From: Thermotogota bacterium
Lineage (GTDB): Bacteria > Bipolaricaulota > Bipolaricaulia > UBA7950 > UBA9294
Length of the DNA stretch: 37,589 bases
Reading direction: 5' to 3'
Assembly (NCBI GenBank): GCA_039679545.1
Contig: JBDKUT010000130.1
Span: forward strand, 1-37,589
Shown here: in pieces, positions 28,797-36,457 of the stretch
How the letters are laid out: the number at the start of each line of letters is the position of its first letter
How positions within the stretch are numbered: position 1 is the first letter of the stretch
Program-made: the position numbers and the translations under genes
The notes under the pieces: generated by a model
What the model was told of the DNA's origin: nothing
The model's database searches: none
The model's input: the letters and a program-made list of their open reading frames with translations, nothing else

Positions 28797-28938
28797 TCCC
28801 ATTTCTCGTCGTAGTTCACCTCTTCACAGGACGCTTGTACCGTTTCGTGAGCGAGAATCTTCCCCTTCTCTACCGTAGGTTTCCTGCTGGGACCGCCGTC
28901 CGCGAGCTAGCCTCTTCATGCTGGACAAGGGAGGGCGG

Positions 28939-29613
28939 ATGCTATCGACTGCCAATGACAAAGTGAGCTTCGCGCGGATGCTGGCGGAGCTTGGAGACCT
29001 ACTCCACGCCGACCGCGGGGAGACGATCTACCATCCCGGCACTCCGAGCACATCGGTCTTCCTCATAGAGACGGGACGTGTGAAGCTGGCCTACCTCGAC
29101 GAAAGCGGGAAGAAGCTGACCCTCTCGATCCTGAACGAGGGTGAGATCTTCGGTGAGATGTGCCTTGTTGGGGAGAAGTTCCGCCGGCATCTGGCGACGG
29201 CCATCGAGGATACCGTACTGCGCTGCATCTCCAAGAAAGCGTTCTCCGACGCCGTGGGGGGCGACATGGAAGCGCTGCAGCATCTGCTGAGGCACTTCGC
29301 CCGCCGCCTGAAGGAGTACGAGGAGACGCTGGAGGACCTCGCGTTCCGCGACATCCAGGCGCGGCTGTCGCGCCAGCTTCTGAAGCTGTCCGACGAGTAC
29401 GGCGTCGCGACGACGGAGGGGATCCTCATCGGCTTCCCGGTGACGCACAAAGAGCTCGCGGACATGATCGGCTCGGCGCGGGAGAACACAACGCTTGCGC
29501 TCAACCGTTTCGAGCGCGAGGGGATTCTCGACAAGAGTCGCTATCGAATCGTCATCAAGAACGAGGCCGGCCTGCGGTTGAAGATGCAGGAACCGGGCCG
29601 AATCGCGCTCTAG
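28939..29613 (+). CDS. Crp/Fnr-family transcriptional regulator
   Basis: cNMP-binding domain (GRVKL...GEIFGE) and HTH THKELADMIGSARENTT; GGGAGGG SD. Confidence 0.93.
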   Translation: MLSTANDKVSFARMLAELGDLLHADRGETIYHPGTPSTSVFLIETGRVKLAYLDESGKKLTLSILNEGEIFGEMCLVGEKFRRHLATAIEDTVLRCISKKAFSDAVGGDMEALQHLLRHFARRLKEYEETLEDLAFRDIQARLSRQLLKLSDEYGVATTEGILIGFPVTHKELADMIGSARENTTLALNRFEREGILDKSRYRIVIKNEAGLRLKMQEPGRIAL

Positions 29614-29890
29614 CGCGATTCGACAGAGGGCGGCTTCGAAGCGCCGAAGCCGCTCGGGAGAACGCACGGCTCGGAAGGTGCGTTCTCCTTTCTCGTTGCA
29701 CTGCTCGCGAGGACGCAGCGCCCTTTCTCTTTCTCGCGCTCGCGACGCCAACTAGTTGGGGAGAACGCTGCGGCTTGTGAGGCGCGTTCTCCTGACCTAC
29801 TCGATCGGGGAAGTTCCTCGTTCCCTCTTCCGTTCCGCCCGCCGGCAGTGCCCTTTCTCTTTCTTCTGTCGGCCTCGTGAGGCTTGTGTT
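29599..29890. repeat. Cluster of hairpins with a duplicated GGAGAACGC...GCGTTCTCC stem and CAGYGCCCTTTCTCTTTCT tract
   Basis: Stems at 29599-29622, 29630-29653, 29657-29688 and 29760-29792. Pyrimidine tracts at 29716-29734 and 29846-29864. Confidence 0.7.
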
Positions 29891-29999
29891 CCTCGCTATC
29901 CCAGAGAGACGATCGCGCGATGGCACGGCGTTCGGTAGACTCGATTCGCCGCGGGGGACGGCCGCCGGCATGAACAGACGAGTCCGTGAAGGAGGCGGA

Positions 30000-31046
30000 A
30001 TGCGGACAAGCAAGGGCGTGTCGCGGTTGGCGCTGGGGGTGAGTCTGTTGGCGGCGGGATGTTGGGGCGGGTTGACGCCGCCGTGCATGGGCGCTGAGTC
30101 GCTGTTTGCTTTTCAGCGAATCACGATCGAGAACGCCGGCCGGGTCCGCCTCCTCCGGAAGCTTGAGATTCCGGACTACCAACGCGGAGCGCTCAGTCAG
30201 TGCAGCGTCGCGTTCAGTCCCGACGGGCGCCTCCTCGTCGCGGCAAGCGGCAAGAACCCTGTGCCAATCTGGGACGTCCAGAGCGGCTCTGTCGTGCGTC
30301 GGCTCTACGAGGGGGCTCCTACGCAGATCGTCGCTTGCGCCTTCTCTCCAGACGGCGCGACGCTCGCCTGCGGTGGCTTCGACAAAGCGATCTCCTTGTG
30401 GAGCCTTGCCACGAGTGAACGCCTGGCGAGTTGGCCCGCGCACTCCACGCCGGTGTGGGAGCTTGCGTGGAGTTCCGACGGCGCGATCCTGGCCTCGTGC
30501 GGCCTGTCGAGCGACATCCGCCTCTGGAACGTCTTGACGGGCGACCAGGTCTGGAGCTACGCCGGGGCGCACGGCTACCTGTCCGTGGCCTTCAACCCAG
30601 CGGGCGGCGTGCTTGCCTACGGGGGCCGCCGGGACGGCGCGGGCACCCTTGACGTGGAGACGGGAAAACCAGTCACCAAGCTGTCTCAACCTCAGAACCC
30701 GGTCGGCGATGTTGCGTACAGTCCCCTCGGCGACCTTCTCGCCGCAGGGACCGACGACAACGTGATCTACGTTTGGAACGCGACGGACTACTCCCTCGTC
30801 GCGTCGCTTGCTGGTCACTCAGACTACGTGAACGGGATCGTCTTCAGTCCCGACGGAACCCTCCTTGCGTCGGGCAGCCACGACAAGACCATCGGCATCT
30901 GGGATGTGGCTGGGCAGCGACGGCTGGCAACGCTCGAGGGTCACACGGCCGAGGTTCTGCGGGTTGCCTTCAGCCCGGACGAGACGCTGATCGCGTCGAC
31001 GAGCTGGGACGGCACCGTGTGCCTGTGGGGCGTGCCCAGCGACTAG
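30000..31046 (+). CDS. Exported WD40-repeat beta-propeller protein (possible lipoprotein)
   Basis: About 7 WD40 repeats (GH...V..V.FSPDG..LASGS.D.T..IWD); signal peptide ending LLAAGC; AAGGAGG SD. Confidence 0.9.
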   Translation: MRTSKGVSRLALGVSLLAAGCWGGLTPPCMGAESLFAFQRITIENAGRVRLLRKLEIPDYQRGALSQCSVAFSPDGRLLVAASGKNPVPIWDVQSGSVVRRLYEGAPTQIVACAFSPDGATLACGGFDKAISLWSLATSERLASWPAHSTPVWELAWSSDGAILASCGLSSDIRLWNVLTGDQVWSYAGAHGYLSVAFNPAGGVLAYGGRRDGAGTLDVETGKPVTKLSQPQNPVGDVAYSPLGDLLAAGTDDNVIYVWNATDYSLVASLAGHSDYVNGIVFSPDGTLLASGSHDKTIGIWDVAGQRRLATLEGHTAEVLRVAFSPDETLIASTSWDGTVCLWGVPSD

Positions 31047-31085
31047 CGTCTGCCCAACGTCGTTCGAGATCGTGCTCTTGTATGG

Positions 31086-31117
31086 GTGTTGACAAATGTC
31101 AACACGCCCGATAGAGT
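31086..31117 (+). promoter_or_regulatory. sigma70 promoter upstream of pruA overlapped by a palindromic operator
   Basis: TTGACA(31089-94)-17nt-TAGAGT(31112-17). Inverted repeat GTGTTGACA-AA-TGTCAACAC at 31086-31105. Confidence 0.7.
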
Positions 31118-31331
31118 CTCCTTGTCATGAGCGACAGGTGCGAAGGCGCTATCCGTCCTGCGGGGCGGACTTCCCCTTCCTTGTTCCGGAGCGGCGACGA
31201 GGGGCCGGCCGCCCTCGAATCCGGCCGCGTCGCCCTCCGGGACCGCTCACGACGGCACCCCGCGCCGGTGTAGTTGAGGCCTCCTGATCTGGTCTCTCCG
31301 GCGTACTTATCCACACTGGAGGATGACTCGC

Positions 31332-32963
31332 ATGTCGAACGGCCTGTTTCGTGTACCCACACCCCACAACGAACCTATTCGTGACTACGCTCCAGGAAGT
31401 CCCGAACGTCAGGAGCTGAAGGCCAAACTGGGCGAGATGCTCCGCCGGACGGTCGAGATGCCTGCTGTCGTCGGCGGGAATCGCATCCGGACGGGGAACC
31501 TCGGTGAATGCCGGTGTCCCCACGATCACGCGCACGTCCTGGGTCGATATCACAAGGCCGACGAGACCACGGTTCGGAAGGCGATCGACGCGGCGCTTGC
31601 TGCCCGCCGCGGATGGGCAGCGCTGCCGTGGGAAGAGCGGGCCGCCATCTTCCTCAAGGCTGCCGAACGCCTGTCCGGGTCGTGGCGGGCGACGATGAAC
31701 GCCGCAACGATGTTGAACCTGAGCAAGACGGCCTACCAGGCGGAGATCGACGCGGCCTGCGAGCTGACGGACTTCTTGCGCTTCGGCGTCGCCAACATGG
31801 AGGAAATCTATCGCGCGCAGCCGACTTCGTCGGCCGGCTGCTGGAACCGCATCGAACAGCGACCGCTCGAAGGGTTTGTGTACGCTGTTAGCCCGTTCAA
31901 CTTTGCGGCCCTTGCGGGGAACCTCCCGGTTGCTCCAGCTTTGATGGGGAACGTTGTCGTCTGGAAGCCGGCGTCCTCGGCCGTGTACGTCGCACACCAT
32001 GTTCTCTCGCTGCTCGAGGAAGCTGGACTCCCCGACGGCGTGATCAACATGGTTCCCGGCGCGGGAGCCACGGTCAGCGGGCCCGTCCTCGCGAGTCCGC
32101 ACCTCGCCGGGATCCACTTCACGGTTTCCACGACTGTGTTCCAGTCGCTCTGGCGGAGCGTGGGCGAGCGGATCGACACGTACCGCACGTACCCGCGCCT
32201 GGTGGGGGAGACCGGTGGCAAGGACTTCATCTTCGCGCACCCGTCCGCCGACCTGGAAGAGCTGTCGACGGCCATCGTCCGCGGGGCGTTCGAGTTCCAG
32301 GGCCAGAAGTGCTCGGCCGCGTCGCGCGCGTACATTCCTGCTTCGCTGTGGGAACAGCTGCGCGGGATGCTCGTGGACGTCGTAAGGCAGATCCGCGTGG
32401 GGCCACCGACCGACTTCACCAACTTCGTGACCGCGGTCATCGACAAGGCCGCATTCGACTCGATCGCCGGGTACTTGGACTACGCGCGTAGCGCGCCGGA
32501 CGCAGAGTTCGTGACCGGCGGCGGCTACGACGATTCCACTGGCTACTTCATCGAGCCGACGATCATCCTGACAACGAACCCCAGGTTCCGAACAATGCAG
32601 GAGGAGATCTTCGGTCCGGTGATGACCGTCTTCGTCTACCCCGACGACAAGTACTCCGAGACGCTTCGTCTCTGCGACGAGACGTCGCCGTACGCTCTAA
32701 CCGGTGCCATCTTTGCCAGGGACCGCCGGGTGATCGCCGAAGCAACGGAAACCCTCGTGCATGCGGCCGGCAACTTCTACGTCAACGACAAGCCTACGGG
32801 GGCCGTCGTCGGACAGCAGCCGTTCGGCGGGTCCCGCGCTTCGGGAACGAACGACAAGGCTGGCAGCACGATCAACCTGATGAAATGGGTGAGCCCACGC
32901 ACCATCAAGGAGAACTTCGTCGCGCCCCGCGGCTTCCGGTATCCCTTCATGGCTGGTCAATGA
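31332..32963 (+). CDS. pruA: L-glutamate gamma-semialdehyde (1-pyrroline-5-carboxylate) dehydrogenase
   Basis: NEP...YAPGSPER, AEIDAACE, SPFNF, GETGGKDF, FQGQKCSAASR, EEIFGP and QQPFGGSRASGTNDKAGS motifs; GGAGG SD. Confidence 0.95.
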   Translation: MSNGLFRVPTPHNEPIRDYAPGSPERQELKAKLGEMLRRTVEMPAVVGGNRIRTGNLGECRCPHDHAHVLGRYHKADETTVRKAIDAALAARRGWAALPWEERAAIFLKAAERLSGSWRATMNAATMLNLSKTAYQAEIDAACELTDFLRFGVANMEEIYRAQPTSSAGCWNRIEQRPLEGFVYAVSPFNFAALAGNLPVAPALMGNVVVWKPASSAVYVAHHVLSLLEEAGLPDGVINMVPGAGATVSGPVLASPHLAGIHFTVSTTVFQSLWRSVGERIDTYRTYPRLVGETGGKDFIFAHPSADLEELSTAIVRGAFEFQGQKCSAASRAYIPASLWEQLRGMLVDVVRQIRVGPPTDFTNFVTAVIDKAAFDSIAGYLDYARSAPDAEFVTGGGYDDSTGYFIEPTIILTTNPRFRTMQEEIFGPVMTVFVYPDDKYSETLRLCDETSPYALTGAIFARDRRVIAEATETLVHAAGNFYVNDKPTGAVVGQQPFGGSRASGTNDKAGSTINLMKWVSPRTIKENFVAPRGFRYPFMAGQ

Positions 32964-33219
32964 GGCGGACCGGGCTCGCGGGCTCACGGTACAACACCGT
33001 GCCCGGGCTTCCCGTTGCGAGGGGTGCGCTCTGCGCACCCCTCATGCTTGGGGCTCCGACGGCGTCAACGCACGGTGACACGTGCGCGAGACGCGACCGA
33101 AACGCACGTTCGGTCATTCTCGATGGGGTGGGCGTCAGCCGGGCGGCCGGAGCGTCGCTCGGAAGGAGGACGGCTCACTCGATCGGAGGAAGGAAGCCGC
33201 CTAGACGGAGGTCAGGAAA

Positions 33220-33669
33220 ATGGAAGAGCTCGCGGCGAAGGTCTACGTGTGCGAGACCCGACAACAGCTCGAGGAGAGCGAGGCACTCCTCGGCGCGATC
33301 TACGAAGGACTCGGACAGAACATCCTCGAACACTGTGGCCCGATCGAGCTCGGGACGATCGTACGGGTCTTCTTGCGCGATTCGGACGGAAAGGTCGTCG
33401 GAGGTATCGACGGGCTCGCCTTCGGAGGCTGGGTCTACATCAAGGTCATGTGGGTCGCTCCGGCGCTGAGGAGCCGGGGCCACGGCGGCCGGCTCCTCGC
33501 CCAATTGGAGACAGAGGCCGTTCGCCTCGGCTGCCGAAACGCGCACGTCGATACCTACAGCTTTGAAGCGCGCCCGTTCTACGAGAAGCACGGCTACGAG
33601 ACCTTTGCTGTGCTCGACGAGTTCCCGCCGGGACACAAGAAGCACTTCCTGCGGAAGAGGCTTGCCTGA
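33220..33669 (+). CDS. GNAT-family N-acetyltransferase
   Basis: MWVAPALRSRGHG and DTYSFEARPFYEKHGY motifs. Confidence 0.9.
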   Translation: MEELAAKVYVCETRQQLEESEALLGAIYEGLGQNILEHCGPIELGTIVRVFLRDSDGKVVGGIDGLAFGGWVYIKVMWVAPALRSRGHGGRLLAQLETEAVRLGCRNAHVDTYSFEARPFYEKHGYETFAVLDEFPPGHKKHFLRKRLA

Positions 33670-33741
33670 CGACCCTCGTCGAGGGGGCGGAAAGCTCCAC
33701 GGTGGGGTAGTATTGCCGCCTTGCAGCACGGAGGGCAGGCA

Positions 33742-34266
33742 ATGCGGTTCGATCTAGGGGATTTCAATCTCGATGTGCGAGCGGCGACGGTTGCGGACGT
33801 CCCGCTCTTGATGTCCTTCATCCGCTCGATGGCCGAGTTCGAAAACCTCGATCTCACGGCGACGGAGGAAGACCTGCGCGACGCGCTGTTCGGGAAACGC
33901 CCTGCGGCAAAGGCACTTCTTGCGTTTGTCGGCGAGAAACCCGCAGCGTACGTCGTCTACTTCCCAACGTTCGCCACGATGACCGGGCGACGCGGACTAT
34001 GGCTTGACGACATCTACGTGAAGCCGGAGTACCGCGGCAAGGGGATTGCCAAGGCACTCCTGACCTACCTTGCCGACGTTGCGGTGCGGGAAGGCTGCGG
34101 GCGCTTCGAGTGGATCGTCCTCGACTGGAACCGGAATGCGATCGAGTTGTACGAAGGCCTTGGGGCGACGGTGTTTGACGAGTGGCGACTCTGCCGTCTC
34201 ACGGGAGAGAGCCTCGAGAGCCTAGCGCGGCAGCGCCCGGATGTAGAGGACGGTGCGCAGCCCTAG
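33742..34266 (+). CDS. GNAT acetyltransferase, diamine/SSAT-like
   Basis: LWLDDIYVKPEYRGKGIAKALL and EWIVLDWNRNAIELY motifs. Confidence 0.9.
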   Translation: MRFDLGDFNLDVRAATVADVPLLMSFIRSMAEFENLDLTATEEDLRDALFGKRPAAKALLAFVGEKPAAYVVYFPTFATMTGRRGLWLDDIYVKPEYRGKGIAKALLTYLADVAVREGCGRFEWIVLDWNRNAIELYEGLGATVFDEWRLCRLTGESLESLARQRPDVEDGAQP

Positions 34267-34286
34267 ATTCGGCCCAGAATGGAAGC

Positions 34287-34310
34287 TGGAGGGGGTCGTC
34301 ACCCCCTCCA
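34287..34310. terminator. Hairpin between convergent genes (possible bidirectional terminator)
   Basis: TGGAGGGGGT-CGTC-ACCCCCTCCA perfect 10-bp stem. No U-tract. Confidence 0.45.
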
Positions 34311-34321
34311 ACTCCGTCGGG

Positions 34322-34522
34322 CTACTTCCCCATGTCCTTCAGGTGCTCTTCGACGCCGGTCAGTTCCTTCTTGAGCTCCTCGCGATACGCTTCCAGCGAC
34401 TCGCGCCGCTCCTCCTTCGTCATGAACTGACGGGTCATGCCGCAGCACCCGCCGGCTCCTGAGGTGCAGCAATTGGCCTCCTGGCCGTCGCCGCAGCCCT
34501 GCTCGATGCGCACGATCTTCAT
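34322..34522 (-). CDS. Small Cys-rich protein with C-terminal coiled coil (DUF5320-like)
   Basis: Strong AAGGAGGTG SD. C..CC..CC N-terminus followed by RQFMTKEERRESLEAYREELKKEL..VEE.L. Confidence 0.8.
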   Translation of the reverse strand: MKIVRIEQGCGDGQEANCCTSGAGGCCGMTRQFMTKEERRESLEAYREELKKELTGVEEHLKDMGK

Positions 34523-34615
34523 CGGTTAGTCACCTCCTTCTTCGTTCTCTCGTCGACGGACACCGTTTCGGTGTTCACTGGTTGCGCAAGTACTTACCAG
34601 CCTGGTCAAAAAAAA

Positions 34616-35026
34616 CTAAACCTCCTCCCCGCGAAGCGTAGAAAGCTCCTTCTCCACTCGCTCGAGCTCGCGAAGCAGAACCTCTCGCTCGCGTACGAGC
34701 GCAGCGTTCTCGGTCTCGTTGCACGCCGGCTCGGCGTCCTCGCTCGGCCCCGGGCACGCACAAACGCGGACGATCATCCCGCAGCAGTCGGAGAGCGCGT
34801 GCGCGTCGACGGCGTAGGGAACGAAGTAGCCCTGGCGCTCGGACTGAACGAGGCCCGCTTGGCGCAGAACCTTCAGGTGCTGCGAGACAGCGGGGGACGT
34901 CATGTCGAGGGTTTCGGCGATCGTCTTCACCGGCAGCGGCCCGCTCGACTTCAAGAGCAGGAGGATCTGCATCCGGCTCGGTACGCTGAGCGCTCGGAAG
35001 ACCTCCGCCGCGCGGTTCTCGTTCAC
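34616..35026 (-). CDS. ArsR/SmtB-family metalloregulator with C-terminal Cys cluster and coiled coil
   Basis: VFRALSVPSRMQIL...SPAVSQHLKVLRQAGLV wHTH and DCCGMIVRVCAC. GGAGGT SD before GTG 35026. Confidence 0.9.
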   Translation of the reverse strand: MNENRAAEVFRALSVPSRMQILLLLKSSGPLPVKTIAETLDMTSPAVSQHLKVLRQAGLVQSERQGYFVPYAVDAHALSDCCGMIVRVCACPGPSEDAEPACNETENAALVREREVLLRELERVEKELSTLRGEEV

Positions 35027-35042
35027 CCTGACCTCCGACGAG

Positions 35043-35084
35043 ATTAAGCGCATACTTAATAACTCATTCGCACGCTTCTGTCAA
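35043..35084 (-). promoter_or_regulatory. ArsR promoter/operator
   Basis: TTGACA (35084-35079) lies 17 nt from TATTAA. The perfect inverted repeat ATTAAG-CGCATA-CTTAAT (35043-35060) overlaps the -10/+1 region. Confidence 0.7.
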
Positions 35085-35187
35085 GACCTCACCCCTGTCA
35101 GGCGTTCGTCTCCCGGACACCCATGCAAAGGAAGGAGACTGGCCCTATGAGCCGACGATGCAATAGGGGAAGGAACTTGTCTAGAGC

Positions 35188-35655
35188 CTAGAGTCCGCGG
35201 CACATAAGGGGAATGTTGCTCTTCGACTTCACCTGGTCAAGCAGCAGATGTGAGAGATAGCCAGTCATGACGCCGAGGACAGCTCCAGAAAGCATGTATG
35301 CTGCTGCCCCGCCGACTAGATAGGCCAGCCACAGCAGAGGTCTATCCTCAGACTCAGCAAGCACGGCGAACAGCTGATTGCCCTGATCACGTAGGGCATA
35401 CCTGATCTCATGCCCCTCGGTTGCCAGCAACGCAAGCAGACCGGAGCCAATCGTCACCGAATGTGCGAAACTCCAGTGATCGATGCGGTTTGCGGGCTCA
35501 AGGACATCCGGCAAAGATGATCCCACGCCGCTCAGGAGTACGGCTCCCGCAACTTCGAGGGCCGCTTTCGCTGGGGGCAAGTCGTACGCGGCAGCGCCTG
35601 CAACCCCCGCTGTAATCAGCGCCCCGGTACGCAGGTGTTCTGGCCTTCTTGGCAC
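35188..35655 (-). CDS. YdjM/DUF457-like membrane metal-dependent hydrolase
   Basis: N-terminal His, GSSLPD, HWSFAHS and GYLSHLLLD motifs. Confidence 0.8.
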   Translation of the reverse strand: MPRRPEHLRTGALITAGVAGAAAYDLPPAKAALEVAGAVLLSGVGSSLPDVLEPANRIDHWSFAHSVTIGSGLLALLATEGHEIRYALRDQGNQLFAVLAESEDRPLLWLAYLVGGAAAYMLSGAVLGVMTGYLSHLLLDQVKSKSNIPLMCRGL

Positions 35656-35722
35656 GATTCATCACCACCCATGCCCTAGCATACAACACCTCGAGCAAGA
35701 TGTGGAACAGATGAGGATTGGA

Positions 35723-35770
35723 GGACACATACCGTATCTGGAATGAAAGATGTGGTTTGTGTCCCCGAGC
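35723..35770. repeat. REP-like inverted repeat, copy A
   Basis: GGACACATACCGTATCT-8nt-AGATGTGGTTTGTGTCC, followed by CCGAGC. Confidence 0.75.
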
Positions 35771-35960
35771 TCTGCCCCGAACTCCCCAGGGCCACCCAGC
35801 ACTCCGGACCGTCGGTGCCTCGGTTCGCACTGCAGTTGTGGCTGTTGTAGGCTGTCATATGCACTGACAGGTGGGATAGTATGACTGCGCGGCTACATGC
35901 CGTAGTAATCGTGACTTGTCGCGGCTGCTGTTGAATGCCTCCAGCGCGAAGGAGCGAACG

Positions 35961-36239
35961 ATGGAACGTAGGGAGTTGCGAGCGATAGTCGATACTGAGT
36001 TGAAGCACATTCCGAAGGCACCGGGTGAGTATCAAGGTCCGCTTCGAGCAGCGTACAACATGGCACGGATGCATAGCCTGGGACGGCGGGCCGCCAAGAA
36101 GCAGACGGCCTTCGAGGTTCTACAGGACTGCATCAGGGTTCTCAAGAAGCTGTGTCCCGGCGCTTGCTTCTGCTATGACGACGGTTTCTTCAAGGGGAGA
36201 AGGGATGAGAGCCGTACCCCATGGGCTGTAGACGGTTAG
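35961..36239 (+). CDS. Hypothetical protein (92 aa)
   Basis: AAGGAG SD before ATG 35961; plausible helical protein with no recognised family. Confidence 0.6.
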   Translation: MERRELRAIVDTELKHIPKAPGEYQGPLRAAYNMARMHSLGRRAAKKQTAFEVLQDCIRVLKKLCPGACFCYDDGFFKGRRDESRTPWAVDG

Positions 36240-36398
36240 GTCAAGCGTTGGTGGTCCGCAACCTGGCGATAGGAGACAATCCCCCGTGAGGTCCCGACTG
36301 CAGGCTGGTGCCGCACACTCAAGTACCTGAACGAACCAGGCACCCGAGCACGGATGTGTGGTCTGCCACTCCCATTACATCAAACGGCGTGACGCCGA

Positions 36399-36447
36399 GG
36401 GGGATACCGTATCTTCACCCGGAGATACGGTGTGTGCCCCCCCGAGC
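36399..36447. repeat. REP-like inverted repeat, copy B
   Basis: GGGGGATACCGTATCT-8nt-AGATACGGTGTGTGCCCC, followed by CCCGAGC. Same orientation as copy A. Confidence 0.75.
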
Positions 36448-36457
36448 CATTGGCAGA

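Noticed and set aside
28742..28938. ITS tRNA or start of 23S
   Set aside because: There is no cloverleaf/TTCGA arm or 23S 5' sequence, and a Crp CDS follows.
31127..31273. Leader peptide in the pruA 5' region
   Set aside because: The 48-codon ORF has no SD and no convincing run of regulatory codons beyond what GC bias predicts.
34577..34612. Second ArsR operator/promoter before the small Cys-rich gene
   Set aside because: There is only a partial inverted repeat (CTGGT...ACCAG) with a half match to TAAG-N6-CTTA and no clear -10, which is too weak to call.
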